NCBI GenBank assembly: GCA_000165345.1
Contig: CM000436.1
Span: forward strand, 576,001-640,000
Direction of reading: 5' to 3'
Length of the DNA: 64,000 nt
Shown here: positions 20,953-35,322 of the stretch, in pieces
How the letters are laid out: each line of letters opens with the position of its first letter
Position numbering within the stretch: position 1 is the first letter of the stretch
Made by a program: the position numbers and the translations under genes
The notes under the pieces: generated by a model
What the model saw: the letters and a program-made list of their open reading frames with translations, nothing else
Told to the model about the DNA's origin: nothing
The model's database searches: none

Positions 20953-21199
20953 ATTCATGATTATATAAAGTCAATAATGGAAAAAAAAGTCAATATAGTA
21001 TAATAAAAGGAAGATAAGAAAAAAAAGAGTAAGAGAAGAGAAGAGGTGAAATGTTAAGAAAGAATTGATGACGAAGATAATTTTCAGAAAGTATTAATTG
21101 AATTTTCTTTGTTGTTTCGAATTACATCATTAATAAAAGTATTATTTTACTACTACTATTACTATTACTACTACAGTTTCCTTTTATTAAAAGAGAAAT

Positions 21200-25252
<4,053 letters not shown>

Positions 25253-25386
25253 ACACAAAAACTCTTAAACACTAGAACAAATTTTTTACTAGAGAAATTC
25301 TAATCAAAAATAATTCTTCAATCAAATTTATTATTAACAAACAGTTATTCCAATTCTTATACCTTATTTCCATCCTTTTTCTAATA

Positions 25387-28300
25387 TTAAAATAGATAAT
25401 ATATAGAAAAAGAAAAACAAAAGAAGAATTCATAAATTAACTTTGGAAATAAAATCTGCCAAATCATTATATTCTCCCTTAATATAATTATTCCCAAAAC
25501 TGTAAATAAGTATTTTGATAATATTATCCCCATCATCCAAATCTTTGGATTCCTTAATCCCAATGATGGAAGCTTAAGCATAATTGATAAAGAAAATAAA
25601 TGAGATGTCAAAAAATATATTACCAATAATTGAGATATTATCAAATGGAAATAATCCAATCCTATCAATCCAACATATTCTGGTATCGTTTCCAACTTTA
25701 ATTTATTACCCAAATTATAGAAATTATTCAATGATAATAAATATAATAAAATAATATTTTCGATACCTTTAATAGGTACCGAAATTAATCTATTATTATT
25801 ATTATTATTATTATTATTTTCTTTTGAATTATGATGAATTATTCCGTCCAATCTTAAACTCTCTATTGAAATTAATTGTATTATACTAGAAATTGAATAT
25901 GGTATTATTAATTCATTCTTTAATAAAAATATTAAAATTAAATGATGATTAAGCCATTGATTGATTAATAATCTATAATCTACAGTATTCTTTGTTTCTA
26001 TTGCACTTTTATCCAATTCTTTAGATAATTTTAATCGATGTCTTTTTATAAATAAATCATATATAGTCTTTGTTAGTTGTATTAAAGCCAAAATACGTAC
26101 AATATTATTATTGTTAATCCAATTAAACCAAACATATATTGGTACAATAACCATGATTAATATATTCCATCTATTTAATATATTCTTATAAACTATTAAT
26201 AATAAAAATAAATAAAATATTAATATAAATAATATAGTAATTTTAGATTTTAATAATAAATGAATATTAAAAAATCCAAAATTTAGAATTTGTTGAATTT
26301 CATAATCAAATATAAATGTAAAACGTATCAATATTAATTGTATAAATGGTAATAACATTTGTCTTAAATTATTTTTTGAACCAGAAAATAATAATATAAT
26401 CTGATAAGATATTAATAAAAATCTCACAACTTTTCCTTCATTTCTTGCAAATGATGCTGAATAACTACAAAAATGTATTAAACATAATAAAGTCATTATA
26501 CACCAATAAAAATTCCATCTCAATTCTTTATTATTCAAACTTAATTTAAAGATATTACAATAAAATGAATGTATCTCATACCGGTATCTTATCAATATGT
26601 GCATCATAATAAGCGTGATAATTGTAAATGTAAAAAAATTACAATAATATATAAAATCTTGGGTAAAAAATAAATTTTGAGAAAATAGATATATTCCAAT
26701 TAAATTAAAAATGGATGATATTAAAATAATAATTAAATAAATAGTAAATAATTGACCAGATTTGAATTGTATTGTATTGTATATAGATAATTGTTGTTTT
26801 GATGATGCTTCATTAGATTCTGAAGATGAAGATAAAGATAAGAATCCTTTTTTTTGATTAAACATGAATCTTGACATGCTTAAATTAAAGCTTGGAATAA
26901 TAATAATTGATACAAATACAAATAATGAAAAAATGATAAGAAATCCTTGAATAATTGATACCCAATCAAACTTGGATTTGTCTTTTAATAGCTTATTTTG
27001 AATAAGCAAAGCAAATTCATATGATAGTTGATAATGTTTCTTACATATACTGATCAAAGTTTCATAATTATTTTTTTGATTACTTTCACCGTTATTTTGA
27101 GCCCTTAATAAGTCAGCATTTTTAACTAATTGATAACTTTTATAGAATTCATAATACTTGGATTTAATTTGAGCGTCCTGTAATCTGATTTGACCTCCTA
27201 AGTTATTTAGGAGTCTGTTAAAGATTTGAAAAGCATTATTATGCATTACTTTTGCGTAATTAATTTCTTGTAAAAATTGTTGATGATGATCTTGATCATC
27301 ATGATCATCATGTTCGGTACCGCTTTTTAGATGGATCTTAAAATCCTCTCTAAATATACCCAAGTTATTTTCTGGTATTGGAATTCCTAATGATGAGGAT
27401 ATAATTGGAATAGTATCAATTTGATTAAGAACTTTAATGTTTTTAATTCTTTCATTTAAAGATACTTGCTCGGAAATTTTATTTTTTACTGGCAAATCCC
27501 ATTCGGGTATCTTTTCCATTGAAGTAATAAAAGGAATTGTAGAGAATGCAAAAAAGCCCGCGTTTGTTTCGGTAATGCAGGAGCCTCCGTGCCCGCCATT
27601 TTCATTCTGACCGTGATCTCCGAATAATAAAAATAAGATTTTTTCAGATTTATTATTTTTTTTAATAAAATTATGGATTTGTTGAGTAAATTCTTTAGGA
27701 GTGAGATGATCATTTTTATTGTTGATTTTGAGAAGTAGTTGTAAAGTTTTGACAGCTGTTTGATCCATTTGGGAGAGTTTATTCTTCATGTCATCGTTAT
27801 AAATACCAGAATAATGTCCAATATGATCAACCCCAATAAAATGATTTACCATAAACTTCCAATCATTATATTTTTCATAATGATTATTTGTATGATTTAA
27901 GAAAAAATTAATTTTATCTTCAACAAATTTATCCAAGCTATCAAAATCTCTGATATCTAATGATCCAAATTTATGATTATAATGAATTAATTCACTATAT
28001 AATAGATCCCATGTATCATCTCCAGCGACTACAGATTTTTTATTTTTTAAGAATAGATTTTTTAAAATAGTTGGAGTTTCTGCGTTATTTTTAGGTCTTA
28101 ATGCAGAAATAAGATCAAATATTCCAGGATTTTCTCCTGACATGAGAGATTTGATTCTAAAGGTTGTTAAGGTTGGGAAATCTGCTTTGAAATTAAAGAA
28201 ACGAATATGATTTTTTAATTCATCACTTCTCATCAATTCGTTTAAATACTTAAATTGATTATGAATTTGATTATTAGGATTTTTCGTTTCAATATTTAAA

Positions 28301-28512
28301 TAATCAATTCTTAAGGCATCAATAATAAAGTAAACTACTTTATCATATATAGGTTCAATTTCAAAATATTCAATTTCCGGTAATTTGAAGTCTTGATTAA
28401 GCGAACCATTTTGTTCTAAATTAGTTTTTTCACCATTAAATCCAATAAAAAATAATACTGTTCCAAGTAGGAGTACTGTTAAATAAGTCACAATTAGAAT
28501 TTGCTTAAACAT
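25387..28512 (-). CDS. GPI ethanolamine-phosphate transferase (PIG-O/PIG-G/PIG-N family; alkaline-phosphatase-like N-domain plus multi-TM C-domain)
   Basis: 1041 aa. It begins with an N-terminal TM helix. The lumenal catalytic domain carries …FIIDALRIDY… and …FLLFGDHGQNENGGHGGSCITETNAGFFAFS…, which are diagnostic of the GPI EtNP transferase sulfatase-fold family. A dozen or more hydrophobic segments follow in the C-terminal half. Confidence 0.75.
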   Translation of the reverse strand: MFKQILIVTYLTVLLLGTVLFFIGFNGEKTNLEQNGSLNQDFKLPEIEYFEIEPIYDKVVYFIIDALRIDYLNIETKNPNNQIHNQFKYLNELMRSDELKNHIRFFNFKADFPTLTTFRIKSLMSGENPGIFDLISALRPKNNAETPTILKNLFLKNKKSVVAGDDTWDLLYSELIHYNHKFGSLDIRDFDSLDKFVEDKINFFLNHTNNHYEKYNDWKFMVNHFIGVDHIGHYSGIYNDDMKNKLSQMDQTAVKTLQLLLKINNKNDHLTPKEFTQQIHNFIKKNNKSEKILFLLFGDHGQNENGGHGGSCITETNAGFFAFSTIPFITSMEKIPEWDLPVKNKISEQVSLNERIKNIKVLNQIDTIPIISSSLGIPIPENNLGIFREDFKIHLKSGTEHDDHDDQDHHQQFLQEINYAKVMHNNAFQIFNRLLNNLGGQIRLQDAQIKSKYYEFYKSYQLVKNADLLRAQNNGESNQKNNYETLISICKKHYQLSYEFALLIQNKLLKDKSKFDWVSIIQGFLIIFSLFVFVSIIIIPSFNLSMSRFMFNQKKGFLSLSSSSESNEASSKQQLSIYNTIQFKSGQLFTIYLIIILISSIFNLIGIYLFSQNLFFTQDFIYYCNFFTFTIITLIMMHILIRYRYEIHSFYCNIFKLSLNNKELRWNFYWCIMTLLCLIHFCSYSASFARNEGKVVRFLLISYQIILLFSGSKNNLRQMLLPFIQLILIRFTFIFDYEIQQILNFGFFNIHLLLKSKITILFILIFYLFLLLIVYKNILNRWNILIMVIVPIYVWFNWINNNNIVRILALIQLTKTIYDLFIKRHRLKLSKELDKSAIETKNTVDYRLLINQWLNHHLILIFLLKNELIIPYSISSIIQLISIESLRLDGIIHHNSKENNNNNNNNNRLISVPIKGIENIILLYLLSLNNFYNLGNKLKLETIPEYVGLIGLDYFHLIISQLLVIYFLTSHLFSLSIMLKLPSLGLRNPKIWMMGIILSKYLFTVLGIIILRENIMIWQILFPKLIYEFFFCFSFSIYYLF

Positions 28513-28746
28513 TTTGACTTTCGAAACTCCAGAGATGCAATTTCCTTTTTCTCATGCTATTTTGAATTCGTAGATACTTAAGATTCTCTAATTAATAAAG
28601 CATCCAAAACTACTAAAATTTGCCTTAAAAAGGAAAAAACAAAACAAGAAAGCAATTCCTTAGCTCTATTTTCTGTAAAAAGCTGAAGTGGAGTGTTTCT
28701 TTATTTCAAAAATACATTTACATATTTACATAAATGTACATGTATT

Positions 28747-28781
<35 letters not shown>

Positions 28782-29124
28782 GTATATGTGATTAATTAAT
28801 TAATTATGTATTACTACATATAATCATTCAGTTAGTATGTATTTGTATTACATGCGAATTTATATACTAATATTAATATCCTTAATCAGATAAGTTTCAG
28901 ATATTATTTAATAAAAATTCCTTACTTTTCCCTAAATCCCTTAATTTTGACCCTTCAATTCTACCTCCTCCAAACTATATTATTTGTATTTCCCCTTATA
29001 ATGTTAAACTTCCTTTCCTTTTCCTCTTTCTCCAACCTTTTCTTTTATATCTATCAAAAAATCTCCGATTTACCCCTCAGCTCACTAAATCAATCCCTTA
29101 ATCAAGAAGGCGGCACATCAATGT

Positions 29125-29155
29125 GGACGGGCGCGCACATTTGAAGTGCATGCAG
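29125..29155. promoter_or_regulatory. GACGGGCGCGCACATTTGAAGTGCATGCAG (E2F-like GGCGCGC plus AP2-like TGCATGCA)
   Basis: Located in the divergent promoter between the GPI transferase (- start at 28512) and the coiled-coil gene (+ start at 29311). Confidence 0.35.
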
Positions 29156-29310
29156 ATAAAAACAAAGGTGACGGTAAACAAGGCATGCAAAAGAGCAGAT
29201 AAGGAAAAAAAAATAGAGCGGATTTTTTTAAAGAGAAAAGAAAGTGAATATTATAAATAAATATATTTAGAATTTTACGGAGGGAGGTATATTAAAGAAA
29301 GGGTAATGTG

Positions 29311-32300
29311 ATGCAATTCAATTATGATGATCTGAATAATAAAAAAATAGATGGTTTTGTTGAGTTTGAGTCAGAATTAGCGAAATTAAGGAAAGAAACA
29401 AGTTTGTTATACAAGAATGAATATGTGAAGGATTTTTTAGAGAATTATCATTTGGAGATAAATGAAGCAAAGGAAAATAGTAAAGGGAGATGGAACAATA
29501 AAGGCGAGAATCTTCAAACAAAAAGAAATTTTAAGTCAACAAAAAACGATATAAATGCTGGCACATATCAGCCATACAGTTATGAAGTTGAATACAAGAG
29601 CGAGCAAGAAAGTGATGATTATTCCAGGAGGAAGAATGTAAAAAGTTTGAAGGAAAGAAAAAAGGAGAAAACTGGGAAAAAAAAAGGGAAGAAGGATTTG
29701 GTTGATGGAGGAATGATTAGTAATAATAATAATAATAATGGATTTGCTGTATTTTCAAGAAAATATGGCACTGAAGATGTTATAAATGGAAAAGGGTATT
29801 TAACAATGGATTTGAGTGAGATAAAAGGAGATATTGTAAAGTCACCAAAAAAAAAAACATCTCAGATTAATGGGGAATCTAAGACTAATAAGAAGAAAGA
29901 GAATTTAAGCTCAGTTAGCAAGAATCCTAAGAAGAATGATTTGAAAGACTCAAAAAAGCAAAAAATTCTATATCGTAATAAAAAGCTCTCTAATCCAGAT
30001 TCCAAGTTAGAGGTAATTTCTCAATCATATTCAATATTCTCTTCTTCTTCATCTTCCTCGGAAGAATCAGAAAATGAATATAGAGATCAAATAAAAAAGT
30101 ACAAGAAACGTCACTATTCTAAGGGAGATGAAAAAATCAAGTATTACTTGGATCAATCTTCTTCATTGGAAGATGAGAATGAAGGTGGAGACGAAGATGA
30201 AGGTATTCAGGAGTTTGAAGACCAAACAAATGGTCTAGCTGTGAGTAATAGCTTCTTATCTAGATTGCCAAATAATAGTCAGGCTCAAGCATTGTTGGCA
30301 TCACAACAGTATGAACAGAACGAAAGAGACCTTTTAATGAAGAGAATTCAGTCTTTAGAAGTAATTGAATCTTCTCAAAAAATGTTAATTTTGGAAACTC
30401 AAAATAAAGAGCAACAGTATAGAATCAGAAGTGAAGAATTACAGAAACAGGTTGAGTACAAAGATACGAAGCTTTTATTGTTGAATCAAGATTATGAAAT
30501 CTTAAAAAGGGATTTTGCATTACTTAAAGATGAAAAGGAAATGTTAAAGAATAAGTATACGGAAATGGAAGCTCATTGGAATCAAGAGTATGGAAATTTA
30601 TACAAATATAAAGTAGATTATGAGATCTTAAGTAAACAAAATGAAACTTTAATGATTGAGAAAAATTCCTTTATTAATTTGATTGAGGAAGATAAAGAAA
30701 GATATAGAAAAATGGAACTAAATAATACTAGTTTGATGTTGAATGTTGACAATTTAGAGAAAAGAAATCATGAAATTGTTGAAAGATGTTCAAAGTTACA
30801 AGAAGATCATGATTCTTTATCTAGAGAATATAATAAACTTTATCAAAAATATACTGCTCTACTTTCAGAGTATACTGCATCTAAAAAGAATGAAGAAAAT
30901 TTGAATGCATCTTTGGTAGAGCTACAGGATATTAACAAGAAACTTGATATTGAAGGAAGAGATATGAAAGAAAAATATAAGACTTTATCAGCTACAGAGA
31001 GAGTTTTAGAGCAGCTTCAAGAATCTAATGCTGAATTAATTGGTGAGATCTCTGCATTAAAAGAAGAAAGAGATATATTATCAGCGGACTATAAGATATT
31101 AGAAAAGAAGTATAAAACTTCAGAAGAGTCTATACATGAAATAAAGAATCAGTTATTAGATTTTACTCTGGAAAATCAAAAATTCAAAAAGTTAATTAAG
31201 CAAACAATTATCCCCTTAATTCCTGATGCTGAATATAATTCTACTATTGGACATATACTAATGGTAATGAATGCTAAAGAAAATTCCAGGATGAGTACTA
31301 AAGTATTAGAAGAGGAATATTTAAATAATATTAATAATAATGGTAAAGGTAAAAACAAGGATGAATTACAATTAGAGATTTCAAAAGTTTGGAAAGGTAT
31401 TGAAAGTCCATTTTCTCCAAAAAAAATCTCTTATATGATGAATGGATTATCTATAGATCATCAAAGTAGTACTATGTCAAGATTATTATCTCCAAAATCT
31501 GTTTCTAAGACTACAAATCTTGAGAAAAATTCCTTAAAATCTCCTTCAAATTCATCATCCCCAAAGAGTTTAAAAAATAAATCTAATAATATAAATAAAA
31601 CTGATCAATCTCCAAAGTCTGCTAAATATAATTCCAATTTGAATAAATTTGAAAAGTTATCTCCAAAAGGTCATCAACTTAATAAGGATGAATTAACTAC
31701 TAAATCAATGCCAATTCTTGATGGGGGAGGTCATATAAGTGAGAAAGTTGTTGTTCCTAAATTATTCAATTCAACTCCTGATTTATATCATGCCGATAAG
31801 AATGAAAATGGAAAGACTTTAAATCAAAATCAAGAAGAAAAGAATCATGTTAGTTTTAAAAAAGGAGTACAAATAGTAACTCCAAGACCTTTAGTAATTG
31901 ATGAGGATGATCATTCAATACCAGTAATATTACCAAAAAGACTTGAAGGAAAGATTAAAGATGTATTAGAAAATGAAGATAAAATTATTCCAGTAATTCC
32001 CAAAAATATTTCAAGTTTTAATGATAAAGAACAATATAATGATGATATTATATTAAACAATGTTGATATTGAGGATGAATCAGAATTTGCATTAGATATA
32101 GGAAAGAAAGAAGAAAATAGCGAGTTTATTGATAAAATAAATAAAAATTTACCAAGTGTTAACGATACAATAAGAATGATTGATAATTTAGAGAAACAGA
32201 TATTACTATTAAATGTTGAGAAAGTTCAACTTGAAGCAGAATTATCAACTTTGCCAAAAGATAATTGGTCAAAGAATGAAAAAGAGAAAAAAAATAAGGA

Positions 32301-32502
32301 TAATATAGAGAGGAGAATATTGGAAATTGAAAATAGTATAATAAAAGCAAGTTCTAATATTAAACATCTCAAAGATAATAAACATAAAAAAAACGATAAT
32401 ACAAATAACAGTCACAAAGATCATCACCATCATCATCATCATCATCATCAACAACAACAACAACAACAAAAACAAAAACATGAAAATAATATAAACAATT
32501 AA
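29311..32502 (+). CDS. Large coiled-coil protein with a K-rich N-terminus and a poly-His/poly-Gln C-terminus (hypothetical)
   Basis: The ORF track starts at a GTG at 29308; the first ATG is 29311. The protein is about 1064 aa. It has a long heptad-like central region (…LLMKRIQSLEVIESSQKMLILETQNKEQQYRIRSEELQKQVEY…), Ser/Lys-rich flanks, and a C-terminal HHHHHHHHHQQQQQQQ run. Confidence 0.5.
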   Translation: MQFNYDDLNNKKIDGFVEFESELAKLRKETSLLYKNEYVKDFLENYHLEINEAKENSKGRWNNKGENLQTKRNFKSTKNDINAGTYQPYSYEVEYKSEQESDDYSRRKNVKSLKERKKEKTGKKKGKKDLVDGGMISNNNNNNGFAVFSRKYGTEDVINGKGYLTMDLSEIKGDIVKSPKKKTSQINGESKTNKKKENLSSVSKNPKKNDLKDSKKQKILYRNKKLSNPDSKLEVISQSYSIFSSSSSSSEESENEYRDQIKKYKKRHYSKGDEKIKYYLDQSSSLEDENEGGDEDEGIQEFEDQTNGLAVSNSFLSRLPNNSQAQALLASQQYEQNERDLLMKRIQSLEVIESSQKMLILETQNKEQQYRIRSEELQKQVEYKDTKLLLLNQDYEILKRDFALLKDEKEMLKNKYTEMEAHWNQEYGNLYKYKVDYEILSKQNETLMIEKNSFINLIEEDKERYRKMELNNTSLMLNVDNLEKRNHEIVERCSKLQEDHDSLSREYNKLYQKYTALLSEYTASKKNEENLNASLVELQDINKKLDIEGRDMKEKYKTLSATERVLEQLQESNAELIGEISALKEERDILSADYKILEKKYKTSEESIHEIKNQLLDFTLENQKFKKLIKQTIIPLIPDAEYNSTIGHILMVMNAKENSRMSTKVLEEEYLNNINNNGKGKNKDELQLEISKVWKGIESPFSPKKISYMMNGLSIDHQSSTMSRLLSPKSVSKTTNLEKNSLKSPSNSSSPKSLKNKSNNINKTDQSPKSAKYNSNLNKFEKLSPKGHQLNKDELTTKSMPILDGGGHISEKVVVPKLFNSTPDLYHADKNENGKTLNQNQEEKNHVSFKKGVQIVTPRPLVIDEDDHSIPVILPKRLEGKIKDVLENEDKIIPVIPKNISSFNDKEQYNDDIILNNVDIEDESEFALDIGKKEENSEFIDKINKNLPSVNDTIRMIDNLEKQILLLNVEKVQLEAELSTLPKDNWSKNEKEKKNKDNIERRILEIENSIIKASSNIKHLKDNKHKKNDNTNNSHKDHHHHHHHHHQQQQQQQKQKHENNINN
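32421..32478 (+). repeat. Coding (CAT/CAC)9 (CAA)7 trinucleotide run, poly-His then poly-Gln
   Basis: catcaccatcatcatcatcatcatcatcaacaacaacaacaacaacaa at the 3' end of the coiled-coil gene. Confidence 0.8.
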
Positions 32503-32551
32503 TTATATTGAAATATTTCATAAAATAACTTTATTCGGATTTGGTATATGA

Positions 32552-33415
32552 TCAGTAAATATTGTTATATTTTTGAATAAATTTCTGATATTCTTTAGAT
32601 TCTTTATCAAGCTGTTCATTATAAGCACTTGCTATTGAGGCAAAATAGCATCCAAATAGTGGCAATAAAATGGAAGTTAGAAAAGCAAGAATAGCAAGTG
32701 AATATCCCCAAAAGAATTGAATATCAGATACAGATGGTGATTTAAATGTAAATTGAGGATATCCAAAATGTACCAAACTAAAAAATGAATTAATAGCAAT
32801 CCAAGATCCTCCAGCATTTACATAATATATTGGTAAAGTAATCATTGCAATAAGATTTGAGCACCCAAATAAGGTGGTATAAGCATAGGTGAGTGGAATA
32901 GATAAATTCTTATAAGAAAGGATGAATGTAATAAATCCAAAGATTACACATACAAGACAGCCAATAATTCCCGCTATCATTGTTAATGATCCAATATTAA
33001 GCATTCTAAAGTTATAACACGCATTTTGAGCATTTGGAAATTGGTATTTATCAATGGAACATACAGCAGCACTAGCTTCTCCAAAAGTTTTACCATTAAA
33101 ATAGTTAAATCGACTGCATACAAACTCTTCTAGACTAATTGGTGAAATGAAATTTTTTGATCCGTTATTTCGAGAATATTGATCCATAGCTGGTGACCAC
33201 ATATAATTAGTTCTATTACATCTTGATTTAATAGTAAACCCTCTAAGAGAAAGGTTAAAACTAATATATCCCATATTTTTAGTTTCATATACATAATTTT
33301 GCCAATTAGCACTAAAAAGTGATGATATCCATAGAGCTACAACAAGAAAAGTGGCAGTTGCCAAATAATATTTGCTAAATCCTCCAAATGGGTGTTTAGG
33401 TTTTTGGTAGTACAT
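32552..33415 (-). CDS. Tetraspan membrane protein with claudin/PMP22-like topology (candidate CLAMP-like protein)
   Basis: 287 aa. It has 4 predicted TM helices (YLATATFLVVALWISSLF; IGSLTMIAGIIGCLVCVIFGFITFIL; TLFGCSNLIAMITLPIYY; FWGYSLAILAFLTSILLPLFGCYFASIA). A large first extracellular loop contains a W…C…C arrangement (…MWSPAMDQYS…FVCSRFNYFNGKTFGEASAAVCSIDKY), as seen in claudin-family ECL1. Confidence 0.5.
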   Translation of the reverse strand: MYYQKPKHPFGGFSKYYLATATFLVVALWISSLFSANWQNYVYETKNMGYISFNLSLRGFTIKSRCNRTNYMWSPAMDQYSRNNGSKNFISPISLEEFVCSRFNYFNGKTFGEASAAVCSIDKYQFPNAQNACYNFRMLNIGSLTMIAGIIGCLVCVIFGFITFILSYKNLSIPLTYAYTTLFGCSNLIAMITLPIYYVNAGGSWIAINSFFSLVHFGYPQFTFKSPSVSDIQFFWGYSLAILAFLTSILLPLFGCYFASIASAYNEQLDKESKEYQKFIQKYNNIY

Positions 33416-33873
33416 TTATAAGGTGGGTATGCTAATTAAAATATGTTTATATAATTTGCATTTAATTATATTTATATATTTGTGTATATAAATATATATA
33501 TATTTATATATATTATAAATATATAAGAGTTTATTTATTTTCTTTTCAAAGCTTTGAATAAATCATATAATGATTTTTTTTTAATACTGATTTTGGGATT
33601 TGAACTTAGAATAACAGTATCTCCAAAATTAGAAATAGACTTGAAGAAAATTAAAAATAACTTAAGGGCTTGAAGGATATTAAACTTTTAGTATAAAGTC
33701 TTTGACCTGGAAGATTGAAAATCAATATATTTTCACTTAAGTTTTAAATTTCTAAATTAATAATTTCTTTTTTTTTTCTTGTAACGTTGATATTAATTTC
33801 AATTTTACTAGTTTGACTTTAATATTACATTTTTTTTATATCCATTAGAGGTATAATATGATAAAAAAAGTTA

Positions 33874-33972
33874 GTTGGCGCCTTGGCGCCAACAAAATAT
33901 GATTATTTGTAGTTGCATGCATTGAAAAAATTTGCCACGTAATGTAAATGCAAGTAGAGTTTGCATGCAAAC
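33874..33972. promoter_or_regulatory. Dense motif cluster: GTTGGCGCCTTGGCGCCAAC (tandem/palindromic E2F-like), GTTGCATGCATTG, GCCACGTAATG, TTTGCATGCAAAC
   Basis: Located in the divergent promoter between the tetraspan gene (- start at 33415) and the AN1 zinc-finger gene (+ start at 34167). All three recurrent motif classes occur within 100 bp. Confidence 0.4.
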
Positions 33973-34166
33973 AACGGTGTGAATAAAAAAAAAAATCAAT
34001 TAGTTTTTTTTTAAAAAGTGGGAATAATTTAATATATAGAGATTCAGAAGAAAAAATAAATTGTGGATTATTGTTTTTTCTTCTTTTTAAAGAAAACCAA
34101 GATATAAATGATTGTTTTTAAAGAGGAATTTTTTTAAGAGCAAAATAGAATAAAAGGAAAGTCAAA

Positions 34167-34958
34167 ATGGTTGAAGTTGAAGAATTTGGAATTAAGTGTA
34201 GCAATATGGAATGTAACCTAATTCAGTTTTTACCATTTGAGTGTTTCAAATGTAGAAAAAAATTCTGTATAGAACATGTAAATTCTGGAAAGCATATGTG
34301 CGAAAGTAAAGGCAATGATTTAGAACTAGATAATGGTTTTAAGGGAGGATTTGAGGAAAGAGAAAAAGCTTCGGTAAATTGCTCAATGAACGGTTGTTCA
34401 AATGTAGGGATAATATGTAGAAAGTGCAATAAAATGTTATGCTCGGAGCACATTTATGAATCTGAGCACGAATGTATGGGAAAGAATAGAGTTATAATTA
34501 GTAAAACCGCACTTGATTTGAAAAGAAGGTATTCAGGAGGAGAAATGTTAAGAGGATCAAAGCTTCCTGATGAAAATAAATCAAGTAAAATGTTGAGGAA
34601 AATAATGATAAAATCAAAAAGTATTGGAGATTCAAGTATTCCAGCTAGGAATAGAATTGCAGTAGCTTTATATGTAAGTAGTGGTGTGGAATGCTTAAAA
34701 TTTGTAAATAAGGACTTACCAATATGTATTTGGTTAAATGGGGAGAAGACAGTTGGATGGAACTTGGACTACATTTCAGAGAAATTAAGAGTATTACATG
34801 GGAATAATAAGGCAAAGTTTTTAGGATTGGTTTTATTTAAAAATAAGGATATTCAAGGGAATGAAATTCCAGAAAAGAAGATTCTAGAGATGAGCGTAGA
34901 ATTGAGAAAATGCGTTTCAGATGGGGAGTCTTTGCTACTTGATTATGGGCTTGCTTAA
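34167..34958 (+). CDS. AN1-type zinc-finger protein (two AN1 fingers, ZFAND1-like)
   Basis: 263 aa. It contains two C-X2-C-X9-12-C-X2-C-X4-C-X2-H-X5-H-X-C modules (CSNMECNLIQFLPFECFKCRKKFCIEHVNSGKHMC and CSMNGCSNVGIICRKCNKMLCSEHIYESEHEC), followed by a C-terminal ~110-aa domain. Confidence 0.65.
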   Translation: MVEVEEFGIKCSNMECNLIQFLPFECFKCRKKFCIEHVNSGKHMCESKGNDLELDNGFKGGFEEREKASVNCSMNGCSNVGIICRKCNKMLCSEHIYESEHECMGKNRVIISKTALDLKRRYSGGEMLRGSKLPDENKSSKMLRKIMIKSKSIGDSSIPARNRIAVALYVSSGVECLKFVNKDLPICIWLNGEKTVGWNLDYISEKLRVLHGNNKAKFLGLVLFKNKDIQGNEIPEKKILEMSVELRKCVSDGESLLLDYGLA

Positions 34959-35200
34959 TTGTGGGTAATTAACACAATATTTGTATTTGAATCATATTAT
35001 CTAACCAACAAATTTCTATTCCAATAAAAATTGAGCTATCACTTCTTCTAAATATAACTCAACTTTTGAATGATAATTCAAAGTAAAGTTTATCCAAGTT
35101 CAAAATTTGAGATTATATTATTTTTATTGCTCCCCCCTCATTCACAAACTCATTTGCCCCTTTTACAAGAAATTAACATGCAAATAATGAAAGTAAAGAC

Positions 35201-35244
35201 ATGGCGCTATGGCGCCACTAATGAAGGAGGAGAACCCGCCAGGG
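35201..35244. promoter_or_regulatory. ATGGCGCTATGGCGCCACT … GAACCCGCCAGGG
   Basis: A tandem GGCGC(C) pair and a CCCGCC site 80-120 bp upstream of the SNF2 ATPase ATG. Confidence 0.35.
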
Positions 35245-35322
35245 CAATAGATTAGGAAAACAAAAAGTGTAATAGTAAGGGGAAGAAAAAAAAAAAATCC
35301 TCTGGATGAATCGGAAAAGTTG

